A stretch of DNA of 64,000 nucleotides, from NCBI GenBank assembly GCA_030704615.1, contig CM060734.1, positions 31,496,001 through 31,560,000 on the forward strand. Reading direction: 5' to 3'. Origin of the DNA: Takakia lepidozioides (Eukaryota; Plantae; Bryophyta). This document shows, one piece after another, positions 12,441 through 23,529 of the stretch (position 1 is its first letter; each line of letters begins with the position of its first letter). A program made the position numbers and the translations under genes. The notes below the pieces were generated by a model. It saw nothing but the letters and a program-made list of their open reading frames with translations. It was not told the DNA's origin and did no database searches.

Positions 12441-13250
12441 TGCATTCAAAGGAAAAGCAGGAGCTCACGGGGAGCTTGAAGACAGATGGGCCACATTCGT
12501 GACAGTTGGTAGTTGTTAGTTTTTCAGTTGCCTGTCGGGTGGAACGCCGAAACGTCGAGCGTTCCCGGGCCCTTTTTGGGTGTCAATTTTGGGGTCCCCC
12601 GAGTTTTCTGTGTAAATCGGTGACGTAGCCCCCTTTTTGTAGCCGGAATTGTCTACCGGCTCAAGCAATACATGGCCTGAGCTGGGATTCAAGTAGAAAT
12701 ACACCTACTTAGAAATCTCTGCTTGCATTTTGGTTAGAATTCAGAAATTCTTTTTGGAGGTAGTAGGAAATCATAGGAGGAACAATTCCATTGTTGGAAT
12801 TCTGGTTCCAATGAAAATTTTGATTACAGGTCAATTGAAGAAAATAGTGTTTTTTGACCCCTCTGTTTTCCCATACAAAGCAACCCTATGCAGATTTTGG
12901 AATTCTGCTTTGCAAATTTGGGGCAAGTTGCTTTAGGTGCCTGAGAATTGGAATGTGGTTGGGGTCTTGCAAGGAAAATATATATTTTTGGTCCAACTGC
13001 CTGGTCAAACCAATTTTTCCCTCTAAAATTGGAATACACCACAGATTTAGAGCTTACCATTTTGTTATAATCTTCCTAATGACACGGTGAAATGGGCTGA
13101 AAGTCTTATAGCAGGTGCATGAGGTAGGTAGCGTCCCTTTCATACGGTTCATCCCTGTGGATGTTTCTTAGCTGGGAGATATACCCTCATCCGTGAGGGT
13201 ATGTGCTGTTTTGGAGTGGGCCCACCAAAAACAGCCTCGTCCATTAGGGG

Positions 13251-14915
13251 TTAACGTTTCGAACTCGATTTACAAGATCATTGCAAAAACCCTAGCTCTC
13301 CGGCTGCAATCTTTGCTCACTAAGCTTATTCGCCTAGAGCAGACCGGGTTCCTAAAAGACAAGATGATCCTGGATAACATGTTGCTTGCAAAGGAGGCTC
13401 TACATCACGTTCAAGAATCAAATCAACCACTTGCGTTGCTCATGCTGGACTTCGAAAAAGCCTTTGATAATATAGACTGGGTGTCGCGCACCTCCCTTCG
13501 GTAAGCTCCCCTTCACGTCATAGTTACTCGCTTTGATGCGCGCGCCTGACTCCCAACCTGGCCGCCGGACCAACTTGGAGCTTCGGCTGCTCACCGGGAC
13601 ATAACGGTCCTCCTTCGCTTCCCACTAAACCCTCCACCTATTTGGGACTAGTGGAATTCCCTTTGGTAGATGGCAGTCCGGAACAGCTCCCCACTCTTTG
13701 CTCGCTTTCCGGCTCGCTCGCTTACTCACTAGTTTTTGGTCACCAATGGGCTTGCACCGTTCTCGGGGTTACTACTCCCCTATATATACTTCTGTAGCTG
13801 TCCGCGGGGGTTTCACAACCAGCCATGCCATTTTATGGCGAACCACCACAAAAACCCTCGACTCCCGGTGATGAGTCGCGGTGAGTCTTGGCCCACTCAT
13901 CACGGCCCCTATGGACCGTGATGAGTCCCAAGACTCCCCACGACTCCCACCACGAGGTCTCCGCCCCCATGGTGAGTCCTATGCCACCCCCACTAAGTCC
14001 CGCTAAGCTACCACCACCCCTTGTGGAGCCACCCCCACCGCAACCCGGTGTGCGGGGCTTCACCTAGTGAGCGCCTCCGCCTCCTTGAGTGCCTTGGGCA
14101 CTCAAAGGTGCTTCAGCCCCCCATACCTACCGCTGCCACTGCCCCCACCACAGGGGCAGCCCCTCATGTGTCCCGACCCCCTGCCCTCAAGGCAAAGGGC
14201 CGCGACACTGGGGTTATCTTCTGAGTGCAAAAATTCTGGTATCTATGGTAGTTGCTATCCGGGATCAGAATTCTGCTTTTCTCAGCCTCCAGCAAGGTCA
14301 TCATAAGTGGTGCCATTTCACCATCGCTCTGTACGGAAGGTTGCCCTCTGGCTTCATTTCTCTTCCTCATCGCCGCTGATGGTTTGGGTCATGGTTTGGG
14401 TCACCTTTTGCAGCACAAGCATGACATTGCTGGACTCAAGATCCCGCACTCCATGCCATTACCTCGAATTTTAGTATCCAATCCTCGTTATATGCAGATG
14501 TCATTGTCCTTCTCATGGACAATAGCTCCATTGTTAATGTGAATAGTACTCTGAAAGCGCTATCCTCCTTTTGTGCTGCCTCCGGATTAAAAGTGAATTG
14601 GAGAAAATGCATGGGCTCCTCACCAGTCTGAAAAACCAGGAAGTGGCAGATTAGAATGGCTCCAAGATGGACGGTCTCATGTTTACTGGTTGGCCATGAC
14701 CCGAGTAAACTAGCAAAGATGTGCTTCTATGTTATCTAAACTCAAAAGAAAGTTGTCATACTGGAGCTCGATCCACCTTTCCATGGCCGGGAAAGCTCTG
14801 GTGGTCAATCAAGTCTTACTAGCATCCTGTTGGTTTATTGAATCTGTTTGGTCACCAGGTGCCGCCATGATCAAGCAAGTGAAGACCTTCATACGTTATT
14901 TGGGGGCATGGTGAT
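13251..14915 (+). mobile_element. Degenerate L1-type LINE reverse-transcriptase fragment, interrupted by a solo LTR
   Basis: NSIYKIIAKTLALRL..EQTGF..LDN..LMLDFEKAFDNIDW, then after the LTR: GCPLASFLFLIAADGL, YADV (YADD box, about 14490), FCAASGLKVNW and KLSYWSSIHLSMAGKALVVNQVL. Frameshifted. Confidence 0.88.
13482..14207. mobile_element. Solo LTR (726 bp)
   Basis: Inverted termini TGTCGCG...CGCGACA, 5-bp TSD CTGGG at 13477-13481 and 14208-14212, internal TATA-like CTATATATA at about 13780. Removing it restores LINE ...NIDWGYLL. Confidence 0.88.
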
Positions 14916-15954
14916 GCTTTCTATATAGAAGAATTGACAACACAAGGTGTCAACTTGGACCGTCTCTTCACCATGCACAACTGCCGAAAAAAGAAAGAGC
15001 TGAAGCATGAATGTAAGGAAACCACTGAGCCTAATAAGGGCTCCATGACCGAGTCCATTGCGACTAATATGAGAGTTTTCTTCCTCAAACTGTCTAAAAT
15101 TTTGTCTGGTTTTGTTTTTAAGTCAATGTGGGTTCTGAAGCTATAGACGAAAAGTCGTTGCATACCGTGGGGGTTGTTAAAAACCTCTCTGATCTGAACT
15201 GCTCTTGGGAGTAGTTTGTGATGGGTGAGAAAGCTTGGATTGCTAGTTAGCTGCATTTGTCGGGTTCAATAATGTACTGAACTCTTTGAGTGAAATTGTA
15301 TACGTGTATGTACAAATTATCTGGAATATCCCATAGGGTGTAGGATGCTTTTCGTTTAATGAATTCACGCTCAAGGAAAAGTTCAACTTTGCATGGAGGT
15401 AGTTCAGCTCGTTTATGCAACTTCATACCTACATGGAGGTACTTATAAATTTCTTAACCCAAAAAAAATCGAAGTTCTTGACCCAATAAATCTGCATGCA
15501 GGTAGTCTCTTCCTAGACTCCTATGTTAATGAGGTGGTAAGCCCCACTACTACAGGCTACCACACAAACTGTGAGCCGCCTTTTTCCCTCATCTCGAACC
15601 AGAAGGATGAATCAAAAATTATTATTTCACATACAGAGTTGGTTGCCAACATCCCATGGGGCAAAGGATAATTGAAGCCTGCTAGGGTATTCCTGAATGA
15701 CCCACCAGCACATTCCCAATCACAGATAATGCTCAGTTTTCCAATCACATGTCTGAGCGCACATCTTATAAAATGCTAAAGCAACTTATCAGAGTAAAAT
15801 CAACTGGGAGATGTCTGAATGAATTGAACCTAGTCATAACATAAATGTTTTCCCCGTATCAATAAAAATTGAGGACTTCTGTCCACTTTCCAAAATAATA
15901 TATATACAATAAATAATTTTTTTGAAACAAAACCTTCCAGATGGATGCCCAATT

Positions 15955-17442
15955 TCACTCTTGCTCTTGAAGTTTAAGCTTGTGTGTAATCTCCCCCACG
16001 AAATGATCCAGGTGGTTTTGAGAAGACCCTCCTGCCGATACAGCCTTTCTTGCTCCTTCTCTCAGCTCACATGCTCTAGTTCTCAACTCATGCCCTTCCT
16101 CTTCCTCCATCACAAGTCTCAGTACCCTCTCAATCTCGCTCTTATCAACCAGTCCATCTTCTTCTTTTTCAACCTCCACAGCAGCCCAAGCAGTGTGCAC
16201 CAGAAAGTCACAGATGGTTGATTGATCAGCCATAAGGGGCCAAGCGAGCATCGGCTTTCCCAAACAAAGACTCTCTAATGTAGAATTCCAGCCACAGTGA
16301 GTCAAGAAGGCCACAGTGGAAGGGTGTGCCAAAATCAACAACTGTGGTGCCCAGCCAGATAGAATTATGCCCTGCTTTGCTGTACGCTCTTCAAAACCAT
16401 CCGGAAGCTGTTTGCGGGGAGGGATGTCTGCCGGTTGATTTGGGGGTGGTGGTAGCAACCACAAGAAACGCTGCCCGCTGGCCTCCAGCCCCTGAGCCAA
16501 TTCCGTGACTTGGGAACCCGACAGGTATGCCCTACTGCCGAAAGAGACATAAAGAACAGATGAGGGCGGCTGCTTGTCTAGAAACTCCAAGCAGCGGATT
16601 TCCTCTCCAGTGTTTGCACGGGGAAGAACCTTGAAGGCATTCTCATCGAAGACCACAGCTGGGAGCAATGGACCCACCCCCAACACTTTGATTTCCGTGG
16701 GCAACTCGTCCACCTTGCCACCCTCCAGTTCGTCGAACGTGTTAATGAGCACCCCTGCACAACCTGGTGGCCCAGTTGGGCTCGGGCCCGCATCTCCTCT
16801 ACCTCCTCTACCTCGACCCTCTCCTCTACCTCCTCTACCTCGACCCTCTCCTCTACCTCCTCTACCTCGACCCTCTCCTCTACCTCCGAAACCTCGACCT
16901 TCTCCTCTTCCTCTTCTTTCCCCATCGCGACCACCACCCCGAGGACCTCCTCTTCCCCGATCTCCCCTTCCCCATCCTAGGTCCAAGACACCGCGCCCTC
17001 CCACATTACGCCCCCCCCGGCCGCCCCGTGGACCGCTCGAGAACTGTTCACCCAAAGCAGCTGCACAAGATGTGTAAAAGTTGTACCGTGGAATGCCCAG
17101 CTCGCTCGCCACCGTTGAGACGAACGACGAGGAAATCATAACATCCACAATGACACAGGCAGGAGGAGAGTCGCTTAGCAGCTGCCGGAAATTCGCTTCC
17201 ATCTCTTCATTGCCAGCGCGCATATTCATCAGCCCCATGCTACCACCCGTGTAGACAACCTTCACCTGCTCTTCCACTCCTTCCTGCACCAGAGATATTG
17301 CGCGATTGTAGCTGCTTTCAGCTGAGCAAAACACGGTCACAGACAGGCCATAGTGCGCTGCCAGCTTGTTCGACAAATGCATTGCAGGTATTGTGTGGCC
17401 GTGATCCTGGAATGGTGCCACCACTACATGTGTTGCCGCCAT
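15955..17442 (-). CDS. Family-1 UDP-glycosyltransferase (495 aa, intronless) with an internal RG/RGG tract
   Basis: Starts MAATHVVVAPFQDHGHTIP (catalytic His), has CVIVD (catalytic Asp), GVLINTFDELE, SVLYVSFGS and a full PSPG box WAPQLLILAHPSTVAFLTHCGWNSTLESLCLGKPMLAWPLMADQ, and ends GGSSQNHLDHFV. Confidence 0.93.
   Translation of the reverse strand: MAATHVVVAPFQDHGHTIPAMHLSNKLAAHYGLSVTVFCSAESSYNRAISLVQEGVEEQVKVVYTGGSMGLMNMRAGNEEMEANFRQLLSDSPPACVIVDVMISSSFVSTVASELGIPRYNFYTSCAAALGEQFSSGPRGGRGGRNVGGRGVLDLGWGRGDRGRGGPRGGGRDGERRGRGEGRGFGGRGEGRGRGGRGEGRGRGGRGEGRGRGGRGDAGPSPTGPPGCAGVLINTFDELEGGKVDELPTEIKVLGVGPLLPAVVFDENAFKVLPRANTGEEIRCLEFLDKQPPSSVLYVSFGSRAYLSGSQVTELAQGLEASGQRFLWLLPPPPNQPADIPPRKQLPDGFEERTAKQGIILSGWAPQLLILAHPSTVAFLTHCGWNSTLESLCLGKPMLAWPLMADQSTICDFLVHTAWAAVEVEKEEDGLVDKSEIERVLRLVMEEEEGHELRTRACELREGARKAVSAGGSSQNHLDHFVGEITHKLKLQEQE
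16794..16915. repeat. 27-bp coding tandem repeat encoding RGEGRGRGG within the UGT
   Basis: CCTCCTCTACCTCGACCCTCTCCTCTA occurs three times exactly (about 16802-16882), plus a degenerate fourth copy. Confidence 0.9.
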
Positions 17443-18009
17443 CTCCGACACTCGGAGAGATGGAGAGAGAGAGAGAGAGATTGAATACAACAGTCGAGAC
17501 AGCAATCTCAGCGCAGCTCTTGTTTGATCTAAGCAGCGAAGCAGCTTGCGATGCACTCCAATTCTGCACACTCTAACTCGCCCACTAACTTAACTCACTC
17601 CCTTACTCAGTGCCGCAGTATATGAATGTCGGGAGCCAAAAGAACACGTCCCGCTACGTGTTGGTGTTCTGTGTCATGCGCATGTCAACATGTCCAGCTG
17701 TCCACCGAACTCCACCAGACGATGTCGTATTCATTAGGTGGTTGCTTCCAAGTGGCAATCCTCGTGATCCTCAAGTATAATTATAATATTTCTCTGACCT
17801 GGCATCGGAATCTGCATGTATGACACGACACGTGTTAAGACAGAGCCTTTGTTTATTCCCCTCTTATTAACAAAATGACACAAGGGGGCGGCCAGTGGGC
17901 TGGGGTAGAAAAAACAGTACTTATCATGGAGCTAATCCTCGAGAAGGGGGTATTTCCACGGTTTACCTCGGTATCTTCGTATCTTCCTTTAAGAACAAAT
18001 AAATAAAAG

Positions 18010-19099
18010 GATTTATTTTTATTTTTTTAAAGGGAAATACCTCGGAGCAACCTCTCACAATCAGGCCCCTTAATTATAGTGAGAGGAGAAAATAACCTCT
18101 TTCATAGTAACCTCGCAACGACGCGCCAAGCACAAGGCTCTAGGGACACCGCCCAAGGGAAGGGGGAGAAGTTATAACAGTGTTGTACTGGTATCAGTTT
18201 TAGGACATACCAAACTGGTCCTGGTACCATACCTATTGCAAGACTTTCATAGAGCAGTTTCATTCGGCCCTGATTCTAGAGTGGTCCAGGAATTACTGTG
18301 GCCCAAGAATTAGAGTGGGGCGCTTATGTAAGAAGGCCATGTGTATTAAGGAATGAGATGAAGGGGTCAAAAAAAAGGGAGGAATTGGCTAAATTTAGAA
18401 TAAGGAGTCTTGTAGGATTGACATGTGTCCAACGCCTTCTAGAAGCGTCCCAGGGTCGGCGGGCTTCTAGAAAGGTCCCACCGCCGTGAGAGGGTATATA
18501 AGGGAGGCCCCCCCCCTCTTACTACCTACTAAAATAATAATAGTGGGCTCTGCAAAGGCACGCCCCCAAAACAAACAACAAACATGAATCAATTAATTAA
18601 TAGAAACATGAATACATCTATATAGATGTATCTTTTTCCAGATATTGGTATGAGTATGAGTATCTTGACCACAATACCAGCTGATATGAGATATCAATTT
18701 TGGTATCATTCCAAAGCCATCATTGACTAACAAGTTTATCAAATAGCAAGTATCAAGTGAAAACAAATACAATACAATAAAGAAATAAATATACATAAGT
18801 ACAAATATGTAGGCATATGTACACATAAATTAGTATAATATATATACCAGAGTAAATGAGGAAGACGCCAGGGGGAGTATTGGTATTGTGGCTAGTATGA
18901 AAAAATTGATACCAGCCTGGTCCTGGTATATGACCAAGTATTTCCCTAATTATACCAGACTAGTCTGGTATCTAATACCAGTGCATACATACCTAGGGAA
19001 TACCCTATATACTGGTACAACACTGGATTATATCACATCCGACAAGGTAGCAGGATTTGAACCCAGAATCACCTGGGTGGTACTCAGTGATCTATCCAA
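18010..19099 (-). mobile_element. tRNA-derived SINE copy split by a MITE
   Basis: 18010-18177 joined to 19026-19099 aligns to the reverse complement of 61955-62190 (e.g. TCAGGCCCCTT..ATAGTGAGAGGAGAAAATAACCTCTTTCATAGTAA and GTAGCAGGATTTGA.CCCAGAAT). Confidence 0.8.
18178..19025. mobile_element. hAT-like MITE (848 bp)
   Basis: TIRs CAGTGTTGTAC / GTACAACACTG and many subterminal TACCA/TGGTA motifs. It is absent from the sister SINE copy at 62 kb. The TSD is only degenerate (gttataa / gattata). Confidence 0.7.
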
Positions 19100-21167
19100 T
19101 TCAACTACCGACTGGTGGTGATTCTTTTTTAAGGATACGTTGCTCCGCACTACTACCGACGAATTCTGAGAACTACATTCAATTGGTGCGCGTCATCCCC
19201 ATGGTCTTACTAGCATATATACATGTCGCATCCACCTATGGAGGCCTAACACACTTACTGGCACTCAACCCCATTGCATGCACACACTCCCCCTTGGCAA
19301 GAACCCTGCTCATACTCAAACAAATGCATATCACCATTGCCACAACTATACCCAATATCCAACTACATATCTCTTTGCTAGAAACTGCTTGGGACACTAG
19401 CCCTCAACATGCTCTCATGGACCCCGACAACAAACCACGCAAACAAAACATCCTCAAATTATTCATGCAACGAAATATCTCGACGACTCCACAACTTACA
19501 GATGGATCAGGCACTAAACTTATCAGCTGACAAGACTTCAAACTCCGCTACCCCAAACCCCCCTCACACACCCAACACATAACTCACTTGAAACACCTCC
19601 AAACACTCCTCTGTCACAACACCTCGTCCTGCTCCGCTACATGCCCCCCAAACTGCAATACGCTCCCCCACCACCCACTACAACTACTACCACAATATCG
19701 CTCTGCACGCACACAGTCACGACTCACGATATTGACCCGAACCCCCAATCCCCCTATGCACCCATACCCACCCGCCAATGGACAACCACAAACACCTAAC
19801 AACACACCAGCAACACTTAACATGCCCCTCACCAACATGGAGGCCAGTTCATCTAATACCCAAGAACTGGAGGAAATCTATGGGATAACCCGACAGACAC
19901 AAAGTGACCAATATGGGGCACCACGCACAATCACACTATACCATTGCAAATGGAAAAACCGGCCAAATAAAACCGTACTTAGGAGCCCGACGACAAACTA
20001 TTTGGAATTTACTATCATGACCTAGAGCGTAACATACAAATAGTCATCGACTACCACAGACGCACCAATACCACATATCTAACACATACCCACCAACAAC
20101 ATGCTTCAGAACCACAGCCCAAAGACAATTGCTACATACGCCCCCCAAGAAACTTGACGAACATCCATATCTCAACCGTTGAATGCAACCCAGACAAAGA
20201 CATTGCAAAATCCGACCCCCATATTCAAACACACTGTGACATAGCCCATATTTACGGACCATTAGGATTCTATGTTGGAAGCATATCACTCAACAGATTG
20301 ACATGGCTTTGGACCAAATTCCAACAAAACCCCAAACATAAGGGTCTTCATGCCCAAACCCTAGCTGCGACCTTTGCTCTTGAAACATCTAGAATGCTAC
20401 AACGCTACATGAAAGATCTCCCTCCCAAATGCCCCCAAACAACAAGCAGACTTAACAGTGCACACTCCCCCACTACCCTCTTTGATTTTCTTACTACAGA
20501 GCTACAACTCACCCACTCATACACTCCACCCCCTCACATGCCCACGGGGGATGCTAGAGTGTGAGCCTAGCCACGTGAGCCCTGGAGCCTGTGAGCCCAG
20601 GACACGTGGCATGATTTTGGGAAAGATGCGGCGTCTATTTCCGTGGAAGAAGATCCATTACCGCAGAAACACGTCTTCGTCCATATTAGCCTTGCAACCC
20701 CAAACAGAAACCCTAACCCTTGTTAGCCTTAGGGATCCACCTCAACCCCGACAGTGAACCTCGTCATCCCGCCCCTGTGCATGATACTGCGCACTGACAT
20801 CATCCATGGGACCATCCATGCATGCAACATTCATCCACAGTGTACATCCAATTGGGATTCATCCAAAAACATTCATCCTCCATCCATCATATTGGTGTGA
20901 TGACATATGTCGAATGACTGTCTACTGGACTATGCACATATTCATCTCTGTTGAAAAACATTTATTGAATGCACACGGTTGAATTGGAGAGCAATGTTTA
21001 GAAGGAAAACACTTTCAAATTCACAGGACGCGGGGGAGAGAATGTTTCAATTCAGGGATGTGAATTTCATTATAGTCCGTGCTCATTACAACGGATGGTG
21101 GGAAGAGAAATGGTGGTGCAACGGAAAACAGAGAGTGTGTCCCCTCATGCTCCATAAATGAATGCCC

Positions 21168-22499
21168 TCAAATACATCCGTAGGTGGTGTCAACATTGCT
21201 ACTGCTACCACCTGAATCTGCTAAACTGCTAGAAGTACTGCTACCACCTGAAACTGCTGCACTATCATCTATGAAGACTTTTGCACGGAGGTACCTGAGC
21301 GTCTTCCTAGAACTCCAACGCAAGGGTAGGGGAGAAAGCACAGCTGCTTGCACATGAGCAATGTCTTCTGCGTAATCGGGAAGGACATAATTAGGAGGTG
21401 GGCCCCAGCACAAGTCCCTCAAGTATATAGAAGACAGGGGCCACGGAAGTGCGTTCACATTCGTACAATCAGAAATGCACCATTTGGGTAACAATCAGAC
21501 AACAGAAGGGGACACGACAAAACATATACACAGGGATCAAATAGACATAAAATGAACTTACTCACATGAAAAGTCATTGTCCAGGTCCTTGTCGTCTCCA
21601 TCGAGGATATCAATTTGCGCAGTGACATCCTTGACATTGGAGGTAGACGCGCCCCTTTGCAACTCGGCGAGGAGGCCAGTGAAAATATCTGCATCTCCTT
21701 CCATACCAAACAAGTGCCTGCCACCTGCCTTGCAAGCATGGTAAGAAGCGCCTGCAAGAGACAGATTGAAGGAATTAGAGTTTTAGAATATTGAGTAAAG
21801 AAGGTGTAGAAGAAAAGAAATCGATGACAAAGGCAAGAAGAGAAACTTGTGCCGAGAGTGAGATCTATGATGCGGGCCCCTGGCCGAGAACAACTCTCAA
21901 TGATCGTTTGGATAAAAGCCGGGCTTTTTTCACGGGCCCCCCTCCAAGGCGTTCAATTTGGCTTTCGCAAACATACGTTGGAGTCGACATAGTTGTAGTG
22001 CATGTCGTCGACGACAGGATCGAACCTCTCGTTTATGAAACATCCTCTCCCATGAAGCTCGAACTCCACCACTGTGGTGGGAGTCGACAGTGGATGTACC
22101 CTCACGAGACAGACAGCCTCAAATAGACGGGTCTGCGATGAAGATGACAATAATTAGTGAGGAATGTTTCATAGCACATTTGGTTGGGAGTGCAGACTCA
22201 TTCCGGATGGAACTGGTTCAGAGTCATTGCTCATGCACCGCCATAACTGAGTTCGCTAAAGCACTCAATTCAAGCAGTGCGAACAGCATGACTTCATAAC
22301 AGTCAGTACAGTGGAACTTCAACAGAGAAGGCATAAAAACAAAGTATTTGAAACCCACCTTCTGCCCTAGGCAATCCCCCTTCGTCAAATATAGGCTGTT
22401 GACACAGTTTCAGGTCTTGATAATCCGCATCTCCGAGGCTTTCAAGTAGCTTGCCAGCTCCCGGCGACTTCTCATCGTGACAGATTGTATGATAATCAT
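21168..22499 (-). pseudogene. Spliced N4-cytosine/N6-adenine DNA methyltransferase-like gene (beta-class, N6_N4_Mtase-like C-terminal half) inside the MULE
   Basis: Exons about 22499-22359, 22132-21847 and 21751-21565 joined by GT-AG introns: ..ELASYLKASEMRIIKT*NCVNSLYLT..QK|TRLFEAVCLVR..KPN*TPWRGAREKSPAFIQTIIESCSRPGARIIDLTLGT|SASYHACKAGGRHLFGMEGDADIF. This fits the K-P..II..S.PG..(V/I)D..G.G....A...GR...G.E SAM-binding signature. A probable further exon lies at about 21480-21168. Confidence 0.75.
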
Positions 22500-22689
22500 T
22501 TTTATTTTATTTTATTTATTTTTGGTTCCCTCTCCTCCCCCCATCCCCAGGAGAACTGAGTGCGTCAACACACTCAATTTCTTCATGATCATGATTTCAA
22601 GATGATCATCGACGACAGGTGCGGGTCCGGATTTTCACCCCGGGTACCCGACGGGTTTTGCTCCCCCCCCCCCCGAGAACTGAGTGCGT

Positions 22690-23260
22690 CAACACATTCA
22701 ATTTTTTCATGATCATGATTTCAGGATGATCATTGACGAACTGGAGATTGGCAAGTTGGAGGATGTCGGCTTTCGTCTGCACCGATCTGTGGCGTCGACT
22801 CTTGGTGGCCTTGCTGCTGTGGAGTCTCCTTCAGACGATACTTCGCATCCCACGAGAAGGAATGACAAAACAGTGCATTGGGTGGCTTCGGGGCCTGATC
22901 ACAATGCGAAGGTGGAATCGGCCAGACTACTTCATGCTCGGGTAACAGGAACTACGGAAGTACCTTTCACCTGGGTATGGACGGGTTTATACTTTGGTCA
23001 CATTTGGGTCTGTTTTGCACGACAGGGCCTATCAGGCGACGGTGGGAAATTTTCCGGGGTGTATCTGTCCCGACTTCGTGTGCATGCGTGAGGAAGCTCT
23101 AGGAAAGAGAGGGAAATGGGTTCCCTGCAAGCATCTTTACTACATCTTTTTGCGCAGGATGTATTGTGATCCCAAAAGAGACCAAATCATTCACCAGGCG
23201 ACACTAGGTCCTGGTGAGGTACGGACACTTTTGTAGCGAGACATTGGCAATATCGAGTAG
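22690..23260 (+). pseudogene. SWIM zinc-finger protein C-terminal fragment inside the MULE
   Basis: GNFPGCICPDF...WVPCKHLYYIF (CxC..CxH SWIM motif) in ORF 22994-23236. No DDE domain visible. Confidence 0.75.
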
Positions 23261-23529
23261 TGTTGCATATGTTGCGATTTTTCGCAATGTCGGAAAGTGC
23301 TGCCTTGTTTGTAGAACATATATACACAGTTCTTAAATCTGGACAAACAGACGATGTCTCATTATGAAAGGTAGTTTATTTTTTCATCGGGTTTGGTTAA
23401 CGAGCCTCTAAAATTGAGTGCGTCAACGCACACCACTTTTGCCCCCATCCCCAATATTTCCCCGGGTCAAAAATAAAATAAATAAATAAATCTTTTTTTT
23501 GTTCAAGGGCCTGCCAAACATGGACAAGT

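Larger units (their letters stand above)
9187..13250 (+). mobile_element. piggyBac-like DNA transposon, both ends intact, non-autonomous
   Basis: TTAA (9183-9186) | CCCCTAATGGACGAG ... CTCGTCCATTAGGGG | TTAA (13251-13254): perfect 15-bp terminal inverted repeats (TIRs) starting CCC, a TTAA TSD, and an internal piggyBac transposase remnant. Confidence 0.93.

Noticed and set aside
11823-12519. Several overlapping Gly/Val/Trp- or Pro/Gln-rich ORFs
   Set aside because: By-products of a G/T low-complexity tract that lacks stop codons.
15218-15282. Box C/D snoRNA candidate (GTGATGG...CTGA)
   Set aside because: The C box is imperfect and I could not identify an rRNA-complementary guide.
16574-17141. 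Pro-rich (extensin-like) and Glu/Val-rich ORFs
   Set aside because: Antisense or alternative-frame shadows of the UGT RGG repeat.
17443-17571. Upstream in-frame extension of the UGT (538-aa ORF)
   Set aside because: It runs through a (CT)n leader microsatellite. Family homology starts at MAATHVVV (17442).
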